Shown one piece after another: positions 11,510 through 23,859 of a stretch of 64,000 bases of DNA (the first letter of the stretch is position 1; each line of letters starts with the position of its first letter). Source of the stretch: Heteronotia binoei (taxonomy: Eukaryota); the NCBI RefSeq assembly GCF_032191835.1, contig NC_083234.1, positions 27,776,001 to 27,840,000 on the forward strand, in the 5' to 3' direction. Position numbers and translations under genes: made by a program. Under the pieces are notes generated by a model that saw only the letters and a list, made by a program, of their open reading frames with translations, was not told the DNA's origin and made no database searches.

Positions 11510-11824
11510 GCAAGGCTTTTCCTGGGTAAATGGCTTTGATGGACATTCTCATGCTTCCCACAAGCTGCAAGGCTTTTGAGACTCTGAGGTGGCCGAACGT
11601 GGAGCAGGAGAGAGTCTCCTCTTCCAAAGTGTGCATCCAACTAGAGAATCTGGGTACCCAACTGGGGAGACTAGAAGCAGCAGTTCCAGGGCCTGGGGTT
11701 TGGACTGGTCAGCAAGGTTAACTTATCTGAAGATTCTGGTATCCAAATGACTGTCAAGATTCATTACTAGTGAACGTCAGGAGGCATATGAAACCCAGTC
11801 CAACTCAAACTGGTTATTCTTTTG

Positions 11825-11830
11825 AATAAA
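11825..11830 (+). terminator. Probable RPUSD4 polyadenylation signal
   Basis: First AATAAA after the stop codon, about 315 nt downstream. Confidence 0.55.
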
Positions 11831-12061
11831 TAACCTGGCATGTGCTGAGTGGGTGTAATCTAATTGAGGCAGAGAGAAACCATCAGGAATTCCATATAGT
11901 TGCTGAAAGGATTCCCAAGCTTCCTTCCAGCCTTTCCCTCAGGTCTTTAAGTTAGCTATGTTTCATAAGTGCAAAAGGAAACTCTCCTCTCCACCCCACC
12001 CCCCCCAAGTGGCAGGAACAAAAGGGCAACCTGATTTTAATTAGCTGTAATGCTCTAATTC

Positions 12062-12220
12062 CCTGACGTGGATGGCCTAGCCCGATCTCGTCAGCTCTTA
12101 AGCAGGGACAGCCCAGGTTAGTGCTTGGATGAGAGACCACCAAGGAAGAATGCAGTTATTATGCATGAGCAGGCAATGGCAAACCACCTCTGTTTGTCTC
12201 TTGCCCTGAAAACCGTGCAG
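12062..12220 (+). mobile_element. 5S rRNA-derived SINE (5S-Sauria type)
   Basis: gcccgatctcgtcag...aagcaggg...ggttagtgcttggatgagagacc resembles the 5S internal promoter region, joined to the Sauria-like ggcaatggcaaaccacc. Confidence 0.65.
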
Positions 12221-12307
12221 GGTTGCTGTAAGTCAGCTGCAGCTGAAGGGCACTTTCCACCATCAGTACTTCTAATGCAGCACTGCACAGTTTATGATCC
12301 TCCAAGC

Positions 12308-12644
12308 CCGGAATCCCCAACATGGTGCCTGCGGGTGCCATGATGCTTGTAGGCACCTTTTCTGGCACCCACCAAGTGTTTTTAGGAAGTAAGTGGAAAA
12401 TAAGTTTTTAGGAAGCTTTCACTTAGCAAGACCTCTGATTGACTATTGGAGATTCATTTGACTGTGCATATTTTTAAAAATGTTGCTGCTGCTACCCCAC
12501 CCACTATATTACTGAAAGTTGGGTCAGGGCAATCATTTTGTGGCCAGCTCCGCCTCTTGTGGCAGCCATTTTGTTGCAATGCTCACCATGCTGTGTTAGA
12601 ATTCCAAATGTATCTGCAGACTCAAAAAAGATTGGGGATCCCTG
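12308..12644. mobile_element. hAT-like MITE, approximate bounds
   Basis: Right TIR aaaagattggggatccctg. Internal similarity to the fragment at about 9465-9600. TSD not convincing. Confidence 0.4.
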
Positions 12645-13853
12645 TTGTAAGCCCATCGGTCCGTTAGCTGTGAGGCTCACTAAATGTTTTGTCCTGCTAG
12701 CAAAGAGGGAAGGTTTCCAGCAGCCTCGCAACACTTGATTCAGATGGGGTTGGGCTGCTTACAAGGAGGAGCGTGATTCCCTTCCTGAAACCATTTTTCT
12801 GATTCAAATTCCCCCTCCATGCTGCTATTTGCCACTGGTGGAAAATGCATAGCAATTCCAACTAGTGGGTTTGAGTTGGAATACTACTTTCCCCAGTGCC
12901 AATCCTCCCCCCCCCACCCCTCATAGGCTGCTGGTTACTTTAAAGAACTGAAGGATTCAGTCATGGAGCTGCTGCCCTCTTACCTAAATGCAACCTGAGC
13001 TATGACTTTAAAAAAATTGAGGCTGTCTCATAGGTGGCTGGAATTAGCCTCTGTCGTGCTAACAGTATTGCTTGTAGTGTGCAAAGGGATTTTGCTTTTG
13101 TGACTGTGTGCCTTACTGTGGACAAGCACAGTTGGCTCTGGATCTGGATACACATGTAGTCTTGTTGGAAGGAGTATGGCTAACCCATATTGAAAGTACG
13201 GTTTACAGCCATATCTGTCGATTTGCAAAATACGTGGAGTAGCTCAATTAAACTTTGGATGAATGGGCTTTTTCTCTTAATGCAATAGGGCCCTTGACTG
13301 ACAATGGTGTCATCTCCCACCATTACTTCATTATTGCATTTTCCTACACACTTGTTGCCAGAAAACATTAAAAACACCAAAAATAAAATTCCACGCTGCC
13401 TGCATTCTCTTAAGCTCCATTCCTGTTTGCCATTTGCTAGACAGGAGCAACAAAGATGAAATACAACGCGGCTGTAAAATTACACTTACAGCCATGTGTG
13501 TGCTTTGTAAGCACCTTTCTGCAAACTTGTGTTGCTTTTGTTGTACTGTGGTATGGATTGAAGTGAGGCACATATGGGTGGGACTGTCACAAGATGGTTC
13601 TGTGGTTGGAGTCTGTGGTCTCTAGGTTTCTTTCTGCCCTGGATCATGTGGAAGACAAGTTCAGTGAAAACCACAGTGGATGAAAAGGTACCTTAGAAAG
13701 AAAAATAACTTGGATAGGGCAAGCTGGAGGGATGCAACTTGCTGCTCCCAAATTTATAAATAATTGCAAGCAGGCAAGGCAGATTTGAAGAATCCATAGA
13801 TGAATCATTGGATACAAATTAAATGGCACACAACACTTATCTTAAGCCAAACT

Positions 13854-14103
13854 AGAGCCAGTTTGATGTAGCAGTTAAGAACACAGACTCTAATCTGGGG
13901 GAGCTGGGTGTGATTCCCCACTGCACATGCAGCTGCTGGTGTGACTTTGGGTCAGTCACAAGTTCTCTCAGAGCTGTTTTCTTGGGCAGTAATTGAAAGA
14001 GCTCTCTCAGCCCCACCTACCTCTCAGGGTGTCTTATGAGAAGGCAAAGGAAATTGTAAGCCACTCTCAGGCTCCAAGTGAAGGGCAGGTTATAAATCCA
14101 AAG
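13854..14103 (+). mobile_element. Squam3-like SINE, older diverged copy
   Basis: agagccagtttgatgtagcagttaag head, gtgactttgggtcagtcac and ctctcagccccacctacc core. Confidence 0.75.
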
Positions 14104-15694
14104 CCAGGCAAATCTCTTTGGCACAGACAATGCAGTTGAATCACTGGCAGAGCAAAAACATTTAGTACTAGGAAGTATGAGCCATCTTCCTTGTGACAGT
14201 TGCCAGTTTCCAGAATTTTGGCCTCTAATACAATTAGACAAGGATACGTACGTATGTTTTTTTCTAGAACTGTACAGAACCTTGGGGCGTTAGCTGTTGG
14301 TATGATACTGAACAAAGCCGTCATCATAAGAAGTCTCATCTTTCACCTGTGTAAACTAGGCACAATCCATGCCTTTAAAAATGTGTACAGTCTTCCCACA
14401 TGCAGGAAGGAGATCTATAGGATTGAATTCTGTGTGGGAGAGAATGATTCAGAGGGATGCTAGGAGGCATGGCAAAGATGGCCTTAGGTTTTTTCAGATT
14501 TCCAGAGAAGGGTTTTGGTGCTTCCCAGTTTCATTTTGCAGTGTAGAGCAGGAATCACCCCAGGAAATAGCCCTTGCTCACTGTTTGTTACCAGGAGGCA
14601 GCTGTACACAGACCGATCAGTCTGCGCTAGCCATTGGTCTGCCTCTTGGTTGTATGGGCCATTGTGGGCAGAAACTCCCACCTGTGAGGACTGCAAGTGC
14701 TGAGCTGAGGCACCTTTTAATCGGAGACATCTGTATGCAGCTTCAGAGGTCACATGAGGTGACATCTTTGTGGTCAAAAAGAAGATTTAAGATGCTGCTT
14801 GCTTTTGGTGGAGCGCTCTTGCAAACTCAAGCAATATTAGAGGACTGGGGATTTGTAAATTCTAGCTGTGTCCCATTGTGTGCATGTATGTGTTCTTTTT
14901 TTAAAAAACTTTCTTGACTTTAGAATTTTTTGTTGCTGGGAAGTACATATTTCTTTGCCATTTTATACATTTGACATTGCAGCCATACACTGTCTCCAGC
15001 AATATGTATCGGAATAAATAGTTTGTTTCAGTCTGTAGTTGAAACAGGGGAAGCAAAACAGACACACAGACTTGCCTGTTTGCCTATGTCACACCAGTGA
15101 ATGGACATATCAAATTCAGCGGAGAACTAATAGCAGGAGAGAAGTTTGTGTCAAGGCTGGCCCAAAGATTTTAGGTACTCTAGGCAGACTATGGTATTTG
15201 CCTCTCCCTCCATTCAATGTAGAGGAAAACAAGTCTAGAATGAAGTTTTTGGGATCCCAACTCATCATCTGGCAAATAATAGACTCAGCTGTGTGACTAG
15301 CCAACACTGTGCCTCTGAAAACGACAGCTACCAAATCACATTCCCAGACTAGTCTTTTGAAGCTATGCAGTGGCACTGTTTCACTGTGTTTGCATATACC
15401 GCCACATTCTACAATTCCTGACATGGTAACATGCACTGTTCTTCAAGCTTAGCGCAATGTTTGATACATTCATTTATAAGAGGATTTATGAAAGGTAACA
15501 ATAAAATAACATTAATAAGATACCTTTAATAAAGAAATATACTTCTGTCTAGTCTGGCACCTGGAACAACAACTACAAAAGACATACAGCACCTAGAGTG
15601 ACATCCAAAATTCAATGCTGTGCCAGCTCCCAGATACTCCCAAGACTCTGAATATATTGAAACACTATTATATTAGGTAATGTCTTAGGTAACA

Positions 15695-15861
15695 CTGTTT
15701 ATCAGACCTTCAAGCCAGACGTTTGCCCTATACCAGAAGGTGATTCAGCCAGTGAATGAGAATATCAACCATCTTTGTGTTCCAGGTTAAATTATTTTCT
15801 TATTTGGAGTTTGACAATTCAGTCTTTTGTTCCAGACATGGCTTGAAGGTCTGATAAACAG
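15695..15861. repeat. 23-bp perfect inverted repeat with 121-nt spacer (MITE-like)
   Basis: ctgtttatcagaccttcaagcca (15695-15717) and tggcttgaaggtctgataaacag (15839-15861). Confidence 0.8.
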
Positions 15862-16146
15862 CGTATGATGATACTGTCCGTTGACAAAATATATAACAAA
15901 ACGAGAAGCTTCACCACAGAACCTCGTTTGGACTTGGCTTTGGGGACCCAGTGGATTTTATGTTGGGAACCTATTAGATACTCCCCCCCCCCCACAATGG
16001 ACTGATATTTGTGCTTTCTAACTCAGTCTTTTGGAACTCTAAGAAGTAAGGGGGGTGCAAACCTTATTACATTGTTTGCATATCCCCCCCCCAAAAAAAA
16101 AAAAATTGGCACATTTTCTTGTGGTGAATATTGCCTAATATAAGAG

Positions 16147-16741
16147 CAGGGGTGTCGAACTCATTTGTTATGAAGGAAGGATCTAACATAAACGAGACCT
16201 TGTTGGGCTGGGCCGTGTTGGACTAGGCTGAATGTGTCCCTGTTTAAGAGTAGGTAGCAGAGAGAGAAACTTTATAAAGGACACAAACACAAATATTTTT
16301 TTTAAAAAAAACTTAAAACATGCTTAAAACATTAGCACTTGTCGGTCTTAAAGGTGCTTTCTTTGTATTTCTCCCATGGGATTCAGGGACTGGCCAAAAG
16401 AAACTCTGGGTCTTTCCTTCCTTCCCCAGGGGACCAGGACGGGGAGGAGCCTCAGCCAATAGGTGGAAGAGAGGTTTGGCTCAGTAGTTCTGCTGTGGGA
16501 TTGAGAGAACGTGGCAAAGCAAGCTCTCCTTCCTCCCCAAGGGAGGAGCCTCAGCCAATGGAGAAAACAGGTTTTGCTCTATAGCTCCTGTGCTATTGAG
16601 CAAGCCTTGCAAAGCAAGCTGTTCTGCAAAAGAAAGCAAGGGAGAGGGAGAAGGAAGCAGATGACAGCCAGCTGCTTGGGGGCCTCATAGGAGCCCTCCA
16701 GGGGTCTGATTTGGCCCCTGGGCCACATGTTTGACACCCTG
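16147..16741 (-). mobile_element. hAT MITE, same family as 2042-2552, opposite orientation
   Basis: caggggtgtcgaactcatttgttatga...ggccacatgtttgacaccctg is the reverse complement of the 2042 copy over its length. Confidence 0.85.
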
Positions 16742-17149
16742 AGTAGTCTTGGAGCATTTGGGAGCTGGCACAGCATTATATTCTAGGATGTTAGTTTGAT
16801 GCCTAGACAGCCACCTGGTTCAACTATATGGTTGGGCCAGCCCTGAATAGTTTCCTGCTAACCTCCATTAGATTTTCTAGTGATGAACTAAAGCAAATGA
16901 AACCTGGCTTGATTAGCCCAGTAGCATCCTAGAGACCAAAAAAAAATTTGAGGATGTAAGCCTTTGAGACTCAAAGCTCCCTGAGAAAAGAAACTTTGAC
17001 TCTCAAAAACTTAAACCCCCCAAATATTGTTGGGTTCTTAAGATGCTACTGGATGCAAATATGGCTCTTCTACTACAGCCTAGCCTAACTTAGCCACCCT
17101 CCTGAAACTGAGACATCTTGACAAGCAAGTCTGGAAAAAACTTTGCTAA

Positions 17150-17535
17150 TCCCACCACAAGCATCAGGAAAACCATCCAGCTAAAAATATTCTCTCCATC
17201 CATGTGTCAGGTTCTGAGTGTGCCCTACTCTCTGCATATGAGAGCTAGGCCGACAGTTCCCCACTTACTGGCCCTTCCCCAAGCCCACTCTCCTGTACTC
17301 CTGGAGGTACAAACAAAACCGCATCCCATACAGCAAGCTGCTTGAAATACATCTGCTTATGAAAGAGGGATGTAAAACCACAAAGGCCCAGCCTCGCCTC
17401 TCACTATGCCTGTGGCAGGCTGAGGAACATGGTGTGCCCAGCAATCACAATGCCGCTCTGCGTGCTGCTCTATTTCTGGGACCGATCGCAGTGATTGCCT
17501 TGCTGGTGAAAGGCTGCCTTGTAATTATAATTTGG
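17150..17535 (+). promoter_or_regulatory. PANX3 proximal promoter with RUNX motifs and a TATA-like element
   Basis: ACCACA at 17154-17159, AACCGCA at 17317-17323, AACCACA at 17376-17382, aattataatt near 17523. ATG at 17702. Confidence 0.45.
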
Positions 17536-17701
17536 TTTAGCAAACAGCCAAAGCTGTTATTTTACAACTGCCCAGTACTGAAGGCCCTACAAATGAAGCT
17601 CTCAGTTCGACAAACTGGCTGTTGCTTAGGTGCCGTTTGAGAGCAAACTGCAGTAGCACTTCCCTCTTCACTTTTCTGAGCTCAAACCATCCCAAGCAAT
17701 C

Positions 17702-17882
17702 ATGTCGATCGCCCACACCGCTGGCGAGTACATGCTCTCAGATGCTCTGCTTCCAGACCCCAAAGGTTCCAGGGCAAAAGGACTTCGCTTGGAGTTGTCG
17801 TGTGACCGTATTGTGAAGTTTGTCACAGTGGGCTTACCGCTTTTCCTGGTGTCCCTGGCATTTGCACGGGAATTTTCCACTG
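17702..17882 (+). CDS. PANX3: PANX3 exon 1 (pannexin-3)
   Basis: MSIAHTAGEYMLSDALLPDPKGSRAKGLRLELSCDRIVKFVTVGLPLFLVSLAFAREFST; G|gtatgt; 181 nt. Confidence 0.96.
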
Positions 17883-18807
17883 GTATGTCAAATTGTTCTT
17901 ATTTTCTTTATCCCTCCATTTGTAGTGAGTTGCTAGACAAACTGCCCAGTTTTTAACTTGCCTTCCCCAACATTTTACAAAAAAAATTGAGAACGTCTGA
18001 TCCATCGTGCTCTAATGCCATGTCTAAACTGAGAATAATTCTTGGCGTGTTTTGCTGTCAACTTCCCCGGTGTTCTTTGCGCACTCAAGTACTTGTTGGA
18101 TATCTATCAAATATTTGATACCCATATGTATATGTAACATCCTGTGATGATTGATCTCAATGTTTGTTAAGTGATGGCATTTGATGGATGTCATGCAAAA
18201 GTATTTGATTATTGGCAGCTTGTGCGATTTCATATCTGATGCCTGCCAAAAAAACATCAAGAGATGCCAGCAAGCCCCAAGCATTAAAATTTCTAACTCT
18301 TAAAATATTCAAAAATTGGAATTTCATTCAAAAGTAAAATTTTCGCACTCCATATTTGAGATGAAATGGCAAACTTCTTAGCAAAATGTGTGAATATTTG
18401 TTTCTGCTCTGATAAATAAGAATGTATGTTATGTTAATGTTCAGCCTACCTAATTTCTAGTATTCAAGATATAGTTTGAAAGTAGGACCCCAATACAATC
18501 CAAGCTAAACACTTCTCCATCGTGTTAATCTTGGGATCCATACAAAGTTCAGCAGTCCAGTCTTACTGATGTTAAGCACTCTTAGGTCCCATGGATTTCA
18601 CTGTGGGGACAGTTATAGCCCAATCCTGTGAATGCATACTTGGAAATAAGTGTCACTGTGTTCAGTGGGGTTTACTGTCCAGCAAGTGTGCATAGGGTTA
18701 CAACCTGAATCACATGCTTGATTCTGCCACTGAAATCAATGGATTTTTAAGTGTGGCATTTTAGTAAGCTTGTGATGTTCACAGAAAATCTGTAGGTATG
18801 TATAAGG

Positions 18808-19012
18808 TGGAAAGTGCCATCAAGTCACAACCAATTTATGGTAACCCCATAGAATTTTCAAGGCAAGAAACACACAGCGGTGGGTTGCCATTGCCTGCCT
18901 CTATGTAGCAATCCAGGACTTCCTTGGTGGTCTCCCATCCAAGTACTAACCAGGGCTGACTCTGCTGAGATCTGATGAGATCAAGCTGGCAAGGGCCATC
19001 TGGGTCAGGGGC
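18808..19012 (-). mobile_element. 5S-derived SINE
   Basis: Reverse complement of the 5S-like head (ggttagtacttggatgggagacc) plus Sauria-like tail. Confidence 0.7.
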
Positions 19013-19557
19013 AGGCATGTCTATATAGCTGGAAATATTTGCTACATCAACACTTATACTAGCATTTCACATAGCCTGCGCAATGGGGTGTGATGTTTCT
19101 CTTACTCCCTTTGATGCTGCCCAGGCAGCAGAACCCATGAAAGGTCAAGATGAGAGAACACCAAGATGGAGAAGCAGCAACCATGCCTGTTCATATCTGC
19201 AACGACCACACTTAAATTTGTGTCAGTGTGGGCCGATGCCTATGTGGCTTTGCGTGTTTCTGTCTGAATTGAGCTGAGGCTGAGTGGATGCAATTACTGG
19301 CCTGCCTCAGGAATTTTTTGTTAGGAGAGAGAACGCCTGCATGATTTTTGGGGTGGATCCAGAGGGAATAAACAAAAACATTTGCTATGGCTTGTCCTGA
19401 TTTGGAAGGTACCTTTGAGGTTTAGTGACTGGTATTTCTGTAGCACTGTTAGAGTAGAGAGATGGCACTTTGTCAACTATGATGGAGTGGGAGGAGGAAA
19501 AAGTAATGAAAATGTAAAGGAATATGTTTTTAAAACAGTTTAAACCAGGCCTAAACA

Positions 19558-19748
19558 AGCTAGCACAAACTCATCAGATCTCAGAAGCTAAGCAGGGTCA
19601 GCCCTGGTTAGTTCTTACGATGGGAGACCACCAAGGAAGTCCAGTGTTACTATGCAGAGGCAGGCAATGTCAAATCACCCCTGTACACCTGTTGGCTAGA
19701 AGACCCCATGAGGTGTCACCATAAGGCAGTTGTGACTCGATGGCACTT
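19558..19748 (+). mobile_element. 5S-derived SINE
   Basis: ctcatcagatctcagaagctaagcagggtcagccctggttag...gggagacc, then Sauria-like tail ending tgtgactcgatggcac. Confidence 0.75.
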
Positions 19749-20122
19749 GGCACAGATACACACAATCATATTAAAGCTGAAAAGTGCGTGTGCAGGAGTA
19801 ATTCTTGCATCCACATAAAACTCTTGCTGTCACACTGCATGAGCTGTTGTACCATCTGAAAAAGTGTATGTTTTTCAAAACAGCTGATAGAATGGCTCTG
19901 CACTCATACACTTTTTAAAGAGAAGCCCATTAGAAAACCTTGACAATTGCTTCATTTGTACTGCGTGGTTCATCTCTGCCAATGAGTGCATCTTGGACCT
20001 GAGCAGAGGCTGCTTTCAATCACTCCGCATGGCTGTTGCAACCAGGCAGTGAGCAGTTCTGATGTAGCAGCTGACCACAAGGCTCGTGACAAGGGAACCA
20101 CTCACAAATAATGCTCTGTAAG

Positions 20123-20288
20123 CAGGGCTGGCCCTGCCACTACGCAAACCAGGCAACTGTCTAGGGCGCCGGCCTTCTGGTGTGCCACATTGGGTGCCCC
20201 CATGTGATTTGGTGATGTTATCAGTGCAGGGGGGGGGTGGGCACCAGAAGTTAGCCTTACCTAGGGTGCCAGTCTAGGGCCAGCCCCG
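20123..20288. mobile_element. hAT MITE
   Basis: TIRs cagggctggccct / agggccagccccg. Perfect 8-bp TSD tctgtaag. Confidence 0.85.
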
Positions 20289-21034
20289 TCTGTAAGAACA
20301 ACTGCCAAGGGATTAAGGCAGACCCGAGAGAGATTCAGTATCTTAATTGCAGGCAAGACCATGGGAATGGCCTCCTTCTGACTGTTTGCCTAAAGATTCT
20401 GGGGATGGGAGTGGGACACATCCTGCTAACTGGGGTCTTGCAGCCTGGCCTCAGGAGAGGGCCCTCCTTTGCTACCACTGCACTATCCTGCACTTTCAGC
20501 CACAGTGGCTTTTGTGGTAGCTAACAATAAAATCACTGGTGGGAAACCACACTGACAAACTTACACAAGCAGAATTATAAGATCCTAAAATGTTAGTTAG
20601 CACATTGTACAATACCAACTACACGATTACAGAGGGACATTAACTTGGCACTTGGAGCCTAAGGGCAGCCTGAGTAGGGCACTGTCTCATCTCTCTAATA
20701 GTGCCCTCTAGAAAGGTGTGTATTCACCACTCTTATTGGGGGCTGGGAACTACTGAAGGGCATCTACCACTACCCCTCCTCCAACCTTGAATCAGTGCAA
20801 ATCAAATGGTACCAAAATGATAAATGGTAAAATAACAGGGTCTGCAGCAGGAAGAGAAAAATAATTGTTTGCTCTGCCACCATTAGAAACATCTAAAGCT
20901 GACTTCCAGCACACTTACCCTTGCACTGCCTCGGGGCATTTTTCTGCAAGGTTCCAGTGGACAGAACAGATGGGGAATAATGGGGGGCATGCTTAAGGTT
21001 AACAGCTGCATGTCCATCTTGCCTTCCATTTTAG

Positions 21035-21177
21035 GCTCCCAGATCAGCTGCTTTTCTCCTGGCAACTTCACAGGGAAGCAGTCTGCCTACGTCGACGCTG
21101 TGTGCTGGGATTCTTTGCTTCATTATGTACCGGATGCTCCAGGAGACTCAAGATCCAATTTCCTCTGGGTCCTCAAG
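21035..21177 (+). CDS. PANX3: PANX3 exon 2 (extracellular loop 1: C66, N71 sequon, C84)
   Basis: ttttag|GC; SQISCFSPGNFTGKQSAYVDAVCWDSLLH...LWVLK; |gtagtt; 143 nt. Confidence 0.96.
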
Positions 21178-21980
21178 GTAGTTCTGTGCTTCAGAGGAAA
21201 AGGTTTTGAAGAAGACTGTCTGATAGACTAAGCATCATTGTGTAATGCGGGCTCAAGGGCCTTACATTTAGGAGACCTCGAAACTTTGATGTAGGTCAAT
21301 ATCCAGGTGACAATTCACTTGTGCACCCCTCTCTTTCTTGCACCATCATATCTGAACTCCACAAGCTGCTAGGATATGCATATTTCCTGCATAGGAAGAG
21401 GCAGTATCATGAGTCATGAAAGAAAGAAGAGTTCCGCTTCATTTCTGAAAGACTGATAGGAAAATATTGGAAGGCCCTATCATGATAAGAAACTTGCATT
21501 CCAAACTGGGCCCCTCAGGACCTCGAGTTCCTTGTAAAGTGTATTCCATCTCCCACCCACTCACCCACTACATGGTCCTGCCATCCTGTATACCTTTACT
21601 AGCACATTTTCAGCAAGTTGTCTCAGGCTCCATCATTTGTATGCTCAGTCCTTCCTTAACTCAGACAGATTGTTTGTGTCAATCACGGCAAATTGATACA
21701 CTGGGACACACATTGCCTTTTGGAATGCGTACTTTACTCAGATATAAGAGAATGGTAGATTTTGCCAGTTCTTCAAGGGAAGATAAGTATACCTATTGGA
21801 GAGAAACGGAGAGCGCTCCTAGCAGGTATTGGACACAAGGTTGCTTGGGCTGTTGCAAAGGCAACCCCCCCTCCCCCAGCTAGAACTAGAAATAATAATA
21901 TGAATAAATAAATGAGTCCAAGTCTGGGGTTGGGTTATGAGGATTGTTTTTAACTTTATTAGTACTTTCATTTAAGTAAG

Positions 21981-22492
21981 CAAGGTTTTTTTGTGTGGAA
22001 CAAACCTAGCAGGGACTAATTTGCATATTAGGCCACACACCCTGACATCACCGTTGTTTTGCATAGGGCTTTTTGTAGAAAAAGAGCCCCGTGGCACAGA
22101 GTGTTAAAGCTGCAGTACTGCAGTCCAAAGCTCTGCTCATGATCTGAGTTCGATCCCAGCGGAAGCTGGTTTCAGGTAGCTGGCTCAGGTTGACTCAGCC
22201 TTCCATCCTTCCGAGGTCAGTAAAATGAGTACCCAGCTTGCTTGGGGGAAAGTGTAGATGACTGGGGAAGGCAATGGCAAACCACCCCATAAAAAGTCGC
22301 CATGAAAACGTTGTGAAGCAACGTCACCCCAGAGTTGGAAACGACTGGTGCTTGCACAGGGGACCTTTCCTTTCCTTTTGTAGAAAAAGCCCAGCAGGGA
22401 CACATTTGTATATTAGGTCACACCCCCTGACGCCAAGCCTGCTGGGACTGCCTACTAAAAGAAAAAGCCCTGTAAGTAACTCTATATGCAGC
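21981..22492. mobile_element. cagggcttttt-family MITE (two tandem units) hosting a Sauria SINE
   Basis: The unit agcagggac...tgcatattaggccacac...cctga occurs twice. Right end aaaagccctg. Confidence 0.6.
22085..22375 (+). mobile_element. Sauria SINE (Squam1), near full length
   Basis: tRNA-like head, gttgactcagccttccatccttccgagg body, ggcaatggcaaaccac, (CCTTT)n tail. 14-bp TSD ttttgtagaaaaag (22071-22084 / 22376-22389). Confidence 0.85.
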
Positions 22493-22599
22493 GAAGGGAC
22501 GGATTCTCATTCTGTATGATTTATCTTTTACAGCTCTTACTTGGGCTAATTTGTCCCAACAGTTGCTCTAACAGTCCCTTCCTTTCCCTTCCTCCTCAG

Positions 22600-22814
22600 G
22601 TCTTTCCATATTCCTTGCTGGTTATCGCAGTTGCCATGTATCTACCTTACCTGCTCTGGAGATACGCAGCTGCCCCGTCTCTTAACTGTGACCTGTTCTT
22701 CATCATTGATGAATTGGATAAATCCTACAACCGCTCCATCCGCTTGGTTCAGCACATGGTGAAACTGCAGCAGACTGGCACGGATCCCGAGGAATTATGG
22801 GAAGAATATGACAA
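22600..22814 (+). CDS. PANX3: PANX3 exon 3
   Basis: cctcag|GTC; VFPYSLLVIAVAMYLPYLLWRYAAAP...DELDKSYNRSIRLVQH...EEYD; AA|gtaagc; 215 nt. Confidence 0.96.
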
Positions 22815-23225
22815 GTAAGCTTGACCTGGATTTCAAGTGCTTCCCAGTTGCTCATTTGATTAAATTTTGTTCTATGCTTGCAAACCAATTCCTGTTTTGT
22901 TTCAAACCATCGGAAGTATTTGCCTCCTCAGGTCATGCAGTTTCCTTGGATGTCCTGTAAACTTTTCCCTTAGCTCATATGTAACTTAAACTGGTGGCAT
23001 TATTACCTAACCCTCTACAAATCCAGCTATCTCATTTTGTAATCAGCATCCTACTCTGCCCTCATTTTGTCAGCAGTGGAGACCTAGTTCTCTTTGGTAA
23101 ACTTGTATCCTATCCTGGTAGTGTCACTTCAGACTGTAAGAAGTGGCTCAGATGAATAAATGCTCATCCATATAAAGCAGTTCCCTCTACCCAGAAATCT
23201 ATAACATGTCAGGGCAAGGCAAGGT

Positions 23226-23859
23226 TATGGTTGCCAAGTCCGGCTAAAGAAATATCTGGGGACTTTGGGGGCGGAGCCAGGAGGAAGGATGTGACAAACA
23301 CGACTGAACTCTGAAGGGAGTTCTGGCAATCACATTTAAAGGGACTTCATGCCTTTTAAATGCCTTCCCTCTATTTGGAAATAATGAAGGATAGGGGCAC
23401 CTTTCTTTTGGGCCTCATAGAATTGGACCCCCCTGGTCCAATCTTTTTGAAACCTGGGGTGTGTTCTAAGGAGAGGCACCAGATGCTATGCTGAAAATTT
23501 GGTGCCTCTACCTCAAAAAACAGGGGCCCCCCAGCCCCAGATACCCATGGATCAATTTCCATTATACCCTATGGGAATCGGTCTCCTTAGGGTATAATGG
23601 AGCACCCAGCAGATATTTCCCACTTTCTGATAGTGGGGGGAGGGCCTCCAAACGTGGAGATCCCCTGCCCCCAACTGGTTGCCAGTCTTCTGGTGGCACC
23701 TGAAGATCTCCCACTATTACAATTGATCTCAAGACAACAAAGATTAGCTCCCCTGGAGGATGGCTTCTATGGCATTATACCCTGCTGAGGTCCCTCCCCT
23801 CCTTAGGCTGTGCCCCCCAAAATCTCCAAGTATTTCCCAACCCAGAGCTGGCAACTCTG
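23226..23859. mobile_element. TAGGGTTGCCA-family TIR DNA transposon derivative
   Basis: Ends tatggttgccaag / gagctggcaactctg. Shorter relatives at 60728 and 61737. Confidence 0.65.

Noticed and set aside
12062-19748. 5S rRNA-like and tRNA-like sequences as RNA genes
   Set aside because: Partial, diverged and fused to SINE tails. No intact 5S rRNA or tRNA gene was seen.
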